A DNA stretch of 38,243 nt from Parcubacteria group bacterium CG11_big_fil_rev_8_21_14_0_20_39_14. Lineage in GTDB: Bacteria > Patescibacteriota > Minisyncoccia > Minisyncoccales > GCA-002787255. The notes beneath the pieces were generated by a model, which ran no database searches, was not told the DNA's origin, and saw only the letters and a program-made list of their open reading frames with translations. The first letter of the stretch is position 1. Each line of letters begins with the position of its first letter. The DNA lies in the NCBI GenBank assembly GCA_002787255.1, contig PCWD01000056.1, positions 1 through 38,243 of the forward strand, in the 5' to 3' direction. Position numbers and translations under genes: made by a program. Below, piece after piece: positions 23,771 to 31,613 of this stretch.

Positions 23771-24475
23771 ATGTCGAGCTTTAAAAGATTTTTAAACTTC
23801 ATACTTGAGCTCTTTTATCCAAAATTCTGTCTTGGCTGCGGCAAGGAAGGAACTTGGATTTGTTCTGATTGTTTTGAAAAAATTAAAGCCCTTGATAGTT
23901 TTTACTGCCCGGTTTGCCGCAAACGACTGCCAAATGGAGAAATTTGCAAAACCTGTTCAGGGAAAACAAAACTGTCTAAATTTTTTGCCGCCGCCCGATA
24001 TGAAAGTCCTTTAATAAAAAAAGCCGTCCATAAATTAAAATATAATTTTATAAAAGATTTGGCTCCTCCCCTATCTTCTCTGATAATAAACTTCCTAAAA
24101 AATTTTAATTTTGATTCTGATTTTCTAATTATTCCCGTTCCCCTTCATAAATCTCGCGAACATTGGAGAGGATTTAATCAGGCAAACGAGCTTGCTAAAG
24201 AAATTTCAAAATCGCTAAGGGTTCCCTTGGACTCCAATGAGCTCACAAAGATAAAAAACGTCCCTCCCCAGGTAGAAGTAAAGGACTACCAAAAAAGAAA
24301 AGAAAACATCCAGGGAGCATTTAGGGTTAAGAGGCCGGAACTCTTAAGGAATAAACGGGTTATTTTAATAGATGATGTTTACACTTCCGGCTCCACAATG
24401 GAAGAATGCGCCAAGGTTTTAAAACGAGCCGGAGTAAAAGAAATTTGGGGGGTTGCAGCCATTGCTAAATTCTAA
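23771..24475 (+). CDS. comFC: ComF family protein (ComFC-type phosphoribosyltransferase)
   Basis: N-terminal Cys pairs CLGCG..CSDC and CPVC..CKTC. PRTase motif VILIDDVYTSGST. ATG at 23771 preferred over TTG at 23696. Confidence 0.85.
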   Translation: MSSFKRFLNFILELFYPKFCLGCGKEGTWICSDCFEKIKALDSFYCPVCRKRLPNGEICKTCSGKTKLSKFFAAARYESPLIKKAVHKLKYNFIKDLAPPLSSLIINFLKNFNFDSDFLIIPVPLHKSREHWRGFNQANELAKEISKSLRVPLDSNELTKIKNVPPQVEVKDYQKRKENIQGAFRVKRPELLRNKRVILIDDVYTSGSTMEECAKVLKRAGVKEIWGVAAIAKF

Positions 24476-24641
24476 AAAAAGTTTAAAATTACCTTATACC
24501 GGGTATGCCCCGTTAGAAGTCTGTCTTTAACCGGATAGACAATTAACGAGGCAAGTCAATATTTATTCTATTAATACTTTATTCTGCTGTTAGAAACTAT
24601 TCGTTTCTAAACAGGGCAAAGACTTTTAATTCTAATGGGGT

Positions 24642-24827
24642 ATGGCCAAACAATGTCAAATTTGCGGTAAAAAAAGCGTGCTGGTTTGGAGGCGAAAAAA
24701 ACTTCGCGGAAAGTATAACCCTACCAGCAAAAAAAGAAAATATCCCAACCTCCAGTGGATTCGTTTGCCTTCAGGCAAGCGAGTAAAAGCTTGCGCAAAA
24801 TGCATCAAACGCCTTTATAAGGCGTAA
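24642..24827 (+). CDS. rpmB: 50S ribosomal protein L28
   Basis: 61 aa, MAKQCQICGKK...NPTSKKRKYPNLQ... Basic, typical L28. Confidence 0.85.
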   Translation: MAKQCQICGKKSVLVWRRKKLRGKYNPTSKKRKYPNLQWIRLPSGKRVKACAKCIKRLYKA

Positions 24828-24856
24828 TTTCTAAATCTCAATTTCTAACTTCTAAA

Positions 24857-24899
24857 CCCGGAGGATCCCGCCAAGGCGGGACCTACGGGGCAGGCAAAT
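24857..24899 (+). repeat. GC hairpin core element CCCCG-(cccgcc aa ggcggg)-ACCTACGGGGCAGGCAAAT, copy A
   Basis: cccggaggatcccgccaaggcgggacctacggggcaggcaaat. Near-identical to 27313-27356 and flanked by heptamer-type AT words. Confidence 0.8.
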
Positions 24900-24982
24900 T
24901 CAAAATTCCAAATTCAAAATTCTAAACACGTAGTTTCGGATTTCAAAATTTGAATTTCGAATTTCCTGCCCACAGCAGGTTG

Positions 24983-25057
24983 CGGGGTGTAGTATAACGG
25001 CTATTATGCGCGCATGGGGTGCGTGCGATCCGGGTTCAATTCCCGGCACCCCGACCA
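24983..25057 (+). tRNA. tRNA-Pro (GGG), CCA encoded
   Basis: Acceptor CGGGGTG/CACCCCG (C1:G72), A73, CCA. Anticodon stem CGCGC/GCGTG, loop ATGGGGT. T-arm CCGGG-TTCAATT-CCCGG. Confidence 0.85.
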
Positions 25058-25212
25058 GACAACTTAACGAATTTCTGGCGGGAAATTGAGGTCGCTTGAG
25101 CCTCGCTTCGGAAGCGAGCAGAAACGTTAGACGGGAGTGCCGGCCGCGGGACGGCACTAAAACTCCGCGTCAGGATTTCTCTTGAAATGGGTTCGGATTT
25201 CGTCAGTAGTCC
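25058..25212. ncRNA. GC-rich structured spacer (E3), partly homologous to elements E1/E2; candidate small RNA or element remnant
   Basis: Hairpins ctcgctt-cgg-aagcgag (25102-25118) and gtgccg-gccgcggga-cggcac (25137-25157). gaaattgaggtcgcttgagcctcgcttcggaagcgagcagaaacgt aligns with E2 aatttgttgaggacttagtgagcgagccgctggaagcgagcgaacgt. Confidence 0.4.
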
Positions 25213-25263
25213 CAGTTTCCAAACCAAAAATGCCCGTTACGGGCATTTTTGGTTTGGAAACTG
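25213..25263. terminator. Perfect ~24-bp hairpin between convergent tRNA-Pro and tRNA-Gln
   Basis: cagtttccaaaccaaaaatgcccg-tta-cgggcatttttggtttggaaactg. The 3-prime arm touches the tRNA-Gln 3-prime end. Confidence 0.6.
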
Positions 25264-25333
25264 CCGGGCTAGGGATCGAACCTAGAATCTTCAGGTCCAA
25301 AGCCTGACGTGTTACCAATTACACCACCCGGCA
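25261..25333 (-). tRNA. tRNA-Gln (TTG)
   Basis: Acceptor TGCCGGG/CCCGGCA (U1:A72), G73. D-arm GTGT-AATTGGTA-ACAC. Anticodon stem TCAGG/CCTGA, loop CTTTGGA. T-arm CTAGG-TTCGATC-CCTAG. Confidence 0.9.
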
Positions 25334-26011
25334 ATATTTGCAAATCCCATCTGTCCAGCCCGAAATTTTTCTGTTTAAATTTGTACTTTTTCTTACGTAT
25401 ATATTTAACAGACCAAAATATTTTTCTCCCCTATTTTTTCTTTTTGTATAAATTTTGTGCTTTTTCCAATCAATTCCCTTAAAATTATCTATTTTAAACC
25501 CCGTTACGCTGCTCCAATATTTTTGAACTGTCTTTAATTTGTTTTTCGCAATTTTATGCAAAGAAATTCTAAAATGGATATCTTTCTTGGAAATAGAACA
25601 GATATCCAAAAGCCATTTGAGAAAAACTTTTATCATCTCTGGATCAGAATTGCTAAATTTTACCTTTTGAGAAATATTATAATCCTTCTGTTTTGTGCCT
25701 TCGGCCCAATAAAGAGCTATGCCAATAAGCCACAATTCTCGATTGGATAATTTTCCTATCTCACTCCTCGCTTTATTTTTAATCTCTTTAGTAATAGTTA
25801 ATCTATAAATCCTCCTTGCTTGAGCTCCCCTAAAAGCGGCAGCGAGCTTTTTTTCTGTAAGTCTTTGTTTTTGTTCTTTGGCAAGCCCAACACTTCTTAG
25901 CCACAAAGATAAAGTAGATTTAGCAACAGGAATCTTTTTTAAAATTTCGGAGTAAGAAAAACCCTTTTTTCTAAGCTTTGTTGCTTTTTCTTTTTCTTTG
26001 AATTTAGACAT
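25319..26011 (-). CDS. HTH plus LAGLIDADG-like (single-motif) putative homing endonuclease
   Basis: N-terminal resolvase-type HTH (KLRKKGFSYSEILKKIPVAKSTLSLWLR). LWLIGIALYWAEGTK followed by KVKFSNSDPEMIKVFLKWLLD resembles the LAGLIDADG_3 layout. Confidence 0.5.
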   Translation of the reverse strand: MSKFKEKEKATKLRKKGFSYSEILKKIPVAKSTLSLWLRSVGLAKEQKQRLTEKKLAAAFRGAQARRIYRLTITKEIKNKARSEIGKLSNRELWLIGIALYWAEGTKQKDYNISQKVKFSNSDPEMIKVFLKWLLDICSISKKDIHFRISLHKIAKNKLKTVQKYWSSVTGFKIDNFKGIDWKKHKIYTKRKNRGEKYFGLLNIYVRKSTNLNRKISGWTDGICKYCRVV

Positions 26012-26083
26012 AATGAACCACGGTTATTATTTATTTTATTATATTACCGTGGTTCAAGATTGTAAAGGGCGGGTATCTTATTA

Positions 26084-27274
26084 TTAACTCGTGACGCTTA
26101 TCGCCTCCACGACTGCCAGTTCCAAAGGAAGCTGGGGCAAGTTCGCGTATTTTATGTCGTTCCCCGCTTTTATAAAGAATTTTAAGGCATTTTTCAAGCC
26201 GCCCTGGGAAAATTCTTTAGCCTGCTCTTGCAAAATTTTAATTTCATCTTCGCCGTGACCGGAAATCAAAGGATTGAGCAAGTTCTGGTCAATATTCAAA
26301 ATTAAAAGCTCCCTCAAATAATCCACTAAGGCCTTGCTAAGTTGGAGCAGGTCGCAGCCTTTTTCGTTTAATTCATTTATGTACCTGATTGCTCCGGACT
26401 CATCCTTTTTAGCAATAAAATCCACAAATTTTGAAATTGCCGTAAATTCAACCAGCCCTAAAATTTCTTCAACCTCCTTGGCGGTAATGTTTTTGTCTTC
26501 CATGGTCATTACCTGGTCAAGAAGGCTTTCGGCATCGCGGATTGAACCCTCGCTGTTTTTGGCAATAAGCTCAAAGGCCGGTTTTTCAATCTCCACTCCT
26601 TCGTTCTTGGCAATGTAGGCTAATTTTTTTATAATTTCCAAAAAACTTAATTTTTTGAAATCAAAATGCTGGCACCTTGAAGCAATGGTCGGCAAAATTT
26701 TATGAACTTCGGTTGTAGCCAGAACAAAAATAGCATGAGCCGGGGGCTCTTCCAATGTCTTAAGCAAAGCGTTTGAAGCTTCTTTTGTCAATTGATGGAC
26801 CTCGTCAATAATAAAAACTTTGTATTTTGCCCTTACCGGAGCAAATCTAATTCCATCGCGCAGTTCTCTAATTTCGTCAATTCCCCGGTTTGAAGCGGCA
26901 TCAATTTCAATCAAATCAATTGATTTTCCCTGATTTATTTCCAGGCAGGACTGACATTCGTTGCAAGGTTCATATTTATTTCCAATTTTTTTTCTAATTT
27001 CATGTTTTTTCTGAAAATCTTTATTTATTTTTTCTGACACCTCCTCGCTATCCCAACCTTCACCCCCGCCAATAACTGGCTCCAACGTCTCACAGTTTAC
27101 CGCTTTTGCCAGAAGCCGAGCAATTGTTGTTTTGCCCGACCCCCTCGGCCCGGAAAATAGATAAGCATGGGAAATTTCGCCAGTTGAAATGGCGTTTGTC
27201 AAAGTTTTAACAATATGCTCCTGGCCGATAATCTCGGAAAAGGTCTTCGGACGATATTTGCGATATAATACCAT
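26084..27274 (-). CDS. dnaX: DNA polymerase III subunit gamma/tau
   Basis: Starts with the typical YRKYRPKTFSEIIGQEH. Walker A GPRGSGKTT, DEVHQL, SRC motif (ASRCQ). Confidence 0.92.
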   Translation of the reverse strand: MVLYRKYRPKTFSEIIGQEHIVKTLTNAISTGEISHAYLFSGPRGSGKTTIARLLAKAVNCETLEPVIGGGEGWDSEEVSEKINKDFQKKHEIRKKIGNKYEPCNECQSCLEINQGKSIDLIEIDAASNRGIDEIRELRDGIRFAPVRAKYKVFIIDEVHQLTKEASNALLKTLEEPPAHAIFVLATTEVHKILPTIASRCQHFDFKKLSFLEIIKKLAYIAKNEGVEIEKPAFELIAKNSEGSIRDAESLLDQVMTMEDKNITAKEVEEILGLVEFTAISKFVDFIAKKDESGAIRYINELNEKGCDLLQLSKALVDYLRELLILNIDQNLLNPLISGHGEDEIKILQEQAKEFSQGGLKNALKFFIKAGNDIKYANLPQLPLELAVVEAISVTS

Positions 27275-27312
27275 ACAAAATAAATTCTAAATCCTAATAT
27301 CTAAATCCTAAA

Positions 27313-27356
27313 CCCCGAAGAATCCCGCCAAGGCGGGACCTACGGGGCAGGCAAAT
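27313..27356 (+). repeat. GC hairpin core element, copy B
   Basis: ccccgaagaatcccgccaaggcgggacctacggggcaggcaaat, located upstream of dnaX. Confidence 0.8.
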
Positions 27357-27476
27357 ACCAAATTCTAAATCCCAATGTTTCAAACGTGTTTAAAATTTAA
27401 GGAATTGAAATTTAGATATTGTTTAGAATTTCGGACCAGAGCGCTAATTCCATTAGTGCTCGGCCGAGCACTCAAT

Positions 27477-28100
27477 TTATTGGATGCTCCGGTTTTGAAT
27501 TTCGGATTTATGTTTGAACACCCAGAATTTAAAGCCGATAAAATTCCAGGTCATACCAACAAAGGTGGCAACAAACGCTCCGATATTTGCCCAAAGTTTT
27601 AATCCAATGCCAAATTGAGGACCGATAACATTTACCACCAAAGAAGCTGTTCCCACATTTATAATAAAACCAACGGTAGCTGTCAACAAAAACTTTGAAA
27701 ATTCTTTTGGTCCGGATGGTTCCTTTCTTCTTTCAAAAGTCCAATATTTGTTCCAAATGTAGCTGTGAATTACCGCTATTATAAAAGAGATGCTCTTAAA
27801 AACCGGGTATAACGGACCGGCGGCAATTCCCGAAATCCAGATTAACCCATTCAAAACTCCCAGGTCAACAAAAGTAGTGAGGGCGCCGGACAAAGCAAAT
27901 TTGCCAGCTTGATAAATAAACAAAAATTTTTTTCCAAGCGTAAAAACAACAAACATTCCAAGCAAAGAAAGAGGCGGCATAACGAAGGGCATCAACCATG
28001 AATAAGGAATCTTAAATCCGATATTTTTTAAAACGCCAAAAAAAACAGCTCCTATTATAAAACCGATTATTGGACTTATTATAACGTCTACTTTTTTCAT
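27477..28100 (-). CDS. GtrA-like membrane protein
   Basis: 207 aa, multi-TM. C-terminal ...FVGMTWNFIGFKFWVFK is typical of the GtrA family. Confidence 0.55.
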   Translation of the reverse strand: MKKVDVIISPIIGFIIGAVFFGVLKNIGFKIPYSWLMPFVMPPLSLLGMFVVFTLGKKFLFIYQAGKFALSGALTTFVDLGVLNGLIWISGIAAGPLYPVFKSISFIIAVIHSYIWNKYWTFERRKEPSGPKEFSKFLLTATVGFIINVGTASLVVNVIGPQFGIGLKLWANIGAFVATFVGMTWNFIGFKFWVFKHKSEIQNRSIQ

Positions 28101-28669
28101 TATTTTAATGCTTTGATTTTATCTTCCTCAAGTTCCTTCGGAAGCTCGCCGGCTTTAACCGCCTCAATGTCTCCTCCGAGTCCCAAAAAGTTCTTTTTTA
28201 AAAACAGGAAAAATAGCCAGATAAAGCCAAGTATGATTAAAAGGTCAAAAATCGCCCAAAGACTTATTTTTAGATGACCCTGACCAAACAAAATAATGGT
28301 AATTGACAGGGGGTAAAGCGTATTCGGACTTGCCAGCGTTCCCACAAATTCCCGGGAAACTTTGTGAGAATAGGCATTATAAATTATAAACAATCCATAA
28401 AAAAGGAAAATAACCAGGATGTAAATTCTTATCAAAATATCATCGGGTTTGATAATAAATAAAATTCTCAAGGTGGAAATATTAATCCAGAGGAAAGAGA
28501 TTCCGGCCGAAAAAGCTCCGGCAAAGCTAATTTTTTCTCTTTTATACTCTCCAAAATAAATCTGGGTGGCAAGCCACAAAATTAAAATCGGAGCCAAAAA
28601 CCACCAGACGCCGGGGTCTTTTGTAAAAGAATCAAAGATAAGTTCAAAACCGTTTAAAAAATAATTCAT
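28100..28669 (-). CDS. Hypothetical polytopic membrane protein
   Basis: 189 aa with about 5 hydrophobic segments. Its stop overlaps the next gene's start. Confidence 0.55.
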   Translation of the reverse strand: MNYFLNGFELIFDSFTKDPGVWWFLAPILILWLATQIYFGEYKREKISFAGAFSAGISFLWINISTLRILFIIKPDDILIRIYILVIFLFYGLFIIYNAYSHKVSREFVGTLASPNTLYPLSITIILFGQGHLKISLWAIFDLLIILGFIWLFFLFLKKNFLGLGGDIEAVKAGELPKELEEDKIKALK

Positions 28670-28671
28670 CT

Positions 28672-29610
28672 TTATAAATGGAAGATGGTGGCAAGCTCCT
28701 CGCTGTTTAAAATTACATTTTTTGACGGGTCAAAAACTCTAAAAACAAAATTGAAAATAAATTCGTTCAAATCTCCCGGTGTTTTAACTTTTAAATTGTT
28801 GTATATGTTATTATAATTCTTATCCCGAACTTCTTCAAACAATTTTTCCAGAGCGACCAAATTTAATTTTGCATCTGTCAAATCTCGGCCCGGGCTTAAA
28901 AATCCAATATTTAAATCAAAGGACGGCTTCTCCGCCTTTTGTTTTACCGCATGGGATGGGGGTTTTATTTCTTTTAAAGAATAAAAAGTTGGTTTGAGCA
29001 AAATTTGCATTATCACTTTTCCTCGAGAGCGTTGAAAGATTTCAAAAACTCTGTTAAATAAATCTTCGCTCGGGGTATAAGTTTTAATTGGCAAAACAAA
29101 AGGTTTTTCCAACGAAACTTCCAATCCCTGACCTTTTTCCCGGGGAGTAAAAAAATTCGGAGCCTCGGTTTCTATAAGCTCAAAATCCGGCCAGAATTTT
29201 AAGAAATTGTCTAAAATAAATTTTTTTTCTTTTCTTTGACAGGCAAGATAAAATTCAATATCGCTTTCTCCAAAATAAGATTCTCTTCCCTCGTTAATCT
29301 CTGTTTTTACATTCGGGGTCCTAGCCCCAAAGTTTTCTCTTTTTGCCATTTCAAAAACAATCAAGGACCTTCCGTGCTCAAAAGTTTTAAACCAATTTTC
29401 CCCGAAAGAATGCAAAAAATTATAAAAATTTTCGGAAAATTCCGGCTTTTCTTCAAAACCTTTCTTTATTTTAAAAAATGTTAAGTTTAGAGCCTGAACA
29501 ACTCTTTTTTCCTGCTGGCTGATTGTTTTCAAAAAATAAATTAAAAGGGCTCCCAGGATAACGCCGAAGGTTATAATTCCCAAAATTATAATCAAAGATT
29601 CTATCGTCAT
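28672..29610 (-). CDS. Hypothetical membrane-anchored protein ending in ...NSEELATIFHL
   Basis: 312 aa with an N-terminal TM helix. ATGA overlap with the upstream 65-aa ORF. Confidence 0.55.
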   Translation of the reverse strand: MTIESLIIILGIITFGVILGALLIYFLKTISQQEKRVVQALNLTFFKIKKGFEEKPEFSENFYNFLHSFGENWFKTFEHGRSLIVFEMAKRENFGARTPNVKTEINEGRESYFGESDIEFYLACQRKEKKFILDNFLKFWPDFELIETEAPNFFTPREKGQGLEVSLEKPFVLPIKTYTPSEDLFNRVFEIFQRSRGKVIMQILLKPTFYSLKEIKPPSHAVKQKAEKPSFDLNIGFLSPGRDLTDAKLNLVALEKLFEEVRDKNYNNIYNNLKVKTPGDLNEFIFNFVFRVFDPSKNVILNSEELATIFHL

Positions 29611-29804
29611 AATGATTTTAGTTTCTTTCTTTTAACCAGTTCGTTGTAAATATCGCCTGTTAGGTTTCTATAAAACTCGCCCAAAATAAAAGGGTTGTCA
29701 AGATGCTCGGCAACCTTGAGAGTGTGAGACAATCCTTTGGCAAATATTAAATCAATAAGGATTTTTATCTGACGTTGGGTTTTTTCATCTTTCTCTTCGA
29801 GCAT
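29607..29804 (-). CDS. Small hypothetical protein (65 aa)
   Basis: First gene of the tightly coupled 29804-27477 operon. No recognisable motif. Confidence 0.4.
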   Translation of the reverse strand: MLEEKDEKTQRQIKILIDLIFAKGLSHTLKVAEHLDNPFILGEFYRNLTGDIYNELVKRKKLKSL

Positions 29805-29977
29805 GTTTTCAGACTGTTGAATAATTTCGCGTAATTTCGCGCTATTCGCAAAGTTTTCGGCCCCTATCTCGTTATAGAAGCGAATTTGCGCGCGAATAGC
29901 GCGCGAATTAATGCGAAAATATTGTTCAACGCTCTCATCTTGGAAATTATATTATTTTATCATATTAATCCTAAATC

Positions 29978-29986
29978 TGCTATAAT
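29978..29986 (+). promoter_or_regulatory. Extended -10 promoter box (TGcTATAAT) 6 nt before the GT-C gene start codon
   Basis: tgctataat at 29978-29986; GTG start at 29993. Confidence 0.35.
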
Positions 29987-29992
29987 ATAAGT

Positions 29993-31555
29993 GTGGCTAA
30001 AAAAAAAGAAATAATTATTCTTTTAATAATTTTAGCGATTGCCGCCTTTTTCAGGTTTTTTGAATTGGCGGATATTCCTCCCGGGCTTTATCCAGATGTG
30101 GCAATTAACGGGAATGACGCCCTTGACGCCCTCAAAACCGGAGATTTTAAGGTTTTTTATCCTGAAAATAACGGCCGAGAGGGCCTTTTTATTAATCTTA
30201 TCGCCCTGTCTTTTTTAATTTTCGGCCCTTCAATCCTGGCTATAAAAATTGTAGCGGCAGTTATCGGAATTCTTACAGTTTTTGGTCTTTACCTTTTGAC
30301 AAAAGAGCTGTTTAAAAAAACGCCGATTGCCCTGCTTTCCGCTTTTTTTCTGGCTACTTCATTCTGGCATACCAATTTTTCGCGCATCGGCTTTCGGGGA
30401 ATTTTAGTTCCTTTTATTCTGGTTTTTTCTTCTTATTTCCTCTTTAGAGCATTGAGAACCAACAAGCTTTCGGATTTTATAATCTCCGGTGTATTTTTTG
30501 GTTTGGGATTTTATACTTATATTTCCTTTAGAATGGCTGTTTTGATTTTACCCGCTATCATCATTCCTTTTTGGTTTGTCTGCAAAAAAAATAAGGTCCA
30601 GAAGAAATATCTATTTTCTGTTTTCTATTTTCTATTTTCTATTTTTTTAGTTGCTCTGCCGATTGGTCTTTATTTTTTAGACAATCCCCAAGATTTTATT
30701 AGTCGAGCCGGCGGAGTTTCAATTTTTGCTCAAGAAAATCCCTTCAAAGCGTTTTTTGAAAGTTTTATAAAACACTTAGGAATGTTTAATATCCGGGGGG
30801 ACGGCAACTGGAGGCATAACTTCGCGGACGCTCCAATGCTCTCCTGGCCGGTCGGAATATTCTTTTTAATCGGCTTGGTGATATCAATTAAGGATTTATT
30901 CTTATTGCGAAAAGAAAAAAACTATTTTAGGTTTTATGTTTTATGTTTTATGTTAAGCTGGTTTTTGGCAATGCTTTTGCCCGGAATTCTAACTTATGAG
31001 GGTGTCCCCCACGCTTTGCGGGTAATCGGAGTTGTCCCCGCACTCTATATCTTTGCCGGCCTCGGGGCTTTCTGGTTTATTGAAAAAGCAAAACCTTTGA
31101 CAAAAAACTTAAAATTATTTTTTATTTTTTACTTTTTGCTTTTTGCTTTGAGCGGATATGCCGAGTATGATAAATATTTTGTTGATTGGGCGAAGCACCC
31201 AACCACTTCCGATGAATTCTCCAAAGAAAAAGTGGAAATCGGACTGTATTTGAATTCATTGACTGATAATATAGAAAAATTTGTGATTATAAACGAAGCC
31301 GGAGTCCCCGCGCCCTGGCCCGACGGGCTTCCGATGCCGGCTCAAACACCAATGTTTATTGAAAGAACGGTTTTTAACGAGCCTCAAGCTGCTTACTTAA
31401 AAGAAAATGAGCTTGATAAAATTAAACCCGCCAAAAAGGCGGTAATAATTCCAATAAGGTTTGATAAAGAACTTTTTGATAAACTTAAAGAACTCCATCC
31501 CGAAGGAGAAGCTAAAAAGGAAAATGGAGTGTGGATATACCTTATAAAAAAATAA
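29993..31555 (+). CDS. GT-C fold glycosyltransferase (family 39/83, ArnT/PMT-like)
   Basis: 520 aa with more than 10 TM segments. ArnT/PMT-like topology with a soluble C-terminal domain. Confidence 0.6.
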   Translation: MAKKKEIIILLIILAIAAFFRFFELADIPPGLYPDVAINGNDALDALKTGDFKVFYPENNGREGLFINLIALSFLIFGPSILAIKIVAAVIGILTVFGLYLLTKELFKKTPIALLSAFFLATSFWHTNFSRIGFRGILVPFILVFSSYFLFRALRTNKLSDFIISGVFFGLGFYTYISFRMAVLILPAIIIPFWFVCKKNKVQKKYLFSVFYFLFSIFLVALPIGLYFLDNPQDFISRAGGVSIFAQENPFKAFFESFIKHLGMFNIRGDGNWRHNFADAPMLSWPVGIFFLIGLVISIKDLFLLRKEKNYFRFYVLCFMLSWFLAMLLPGILTYEGVPHALRVIGVVPALYIFAGLGAFWFIEKAKPLTKNLKLFFIFYFLLFALSGYAEYDKYFVDWAKHPTTSDEFSKEKVEIGLYLNSLTDNIEKFVIINEAGVPAPWPDGLPMPAQTPMFIERTVFNEPQAAYLKENELDKIKPAKKAVIIPIRFDKELFDKLKELHPEGEAKKENGVWIYLIKK

Positions 31556-31613
31556 AATATTAAATATTAAAAATAAAAAATAAAAACGCAAAAACGCAAA
31601 AATTTTTAATTTT

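Noticed and set aside
24900-25227. Two minus-strand ORFs (24900-25157 and 25036-25227)
   Set aside because: They overlap tRNA-Pro antisense, the AT-word palindrome and the GC-rich structured spacer. The open frames are a by-product of repeat and GC content.
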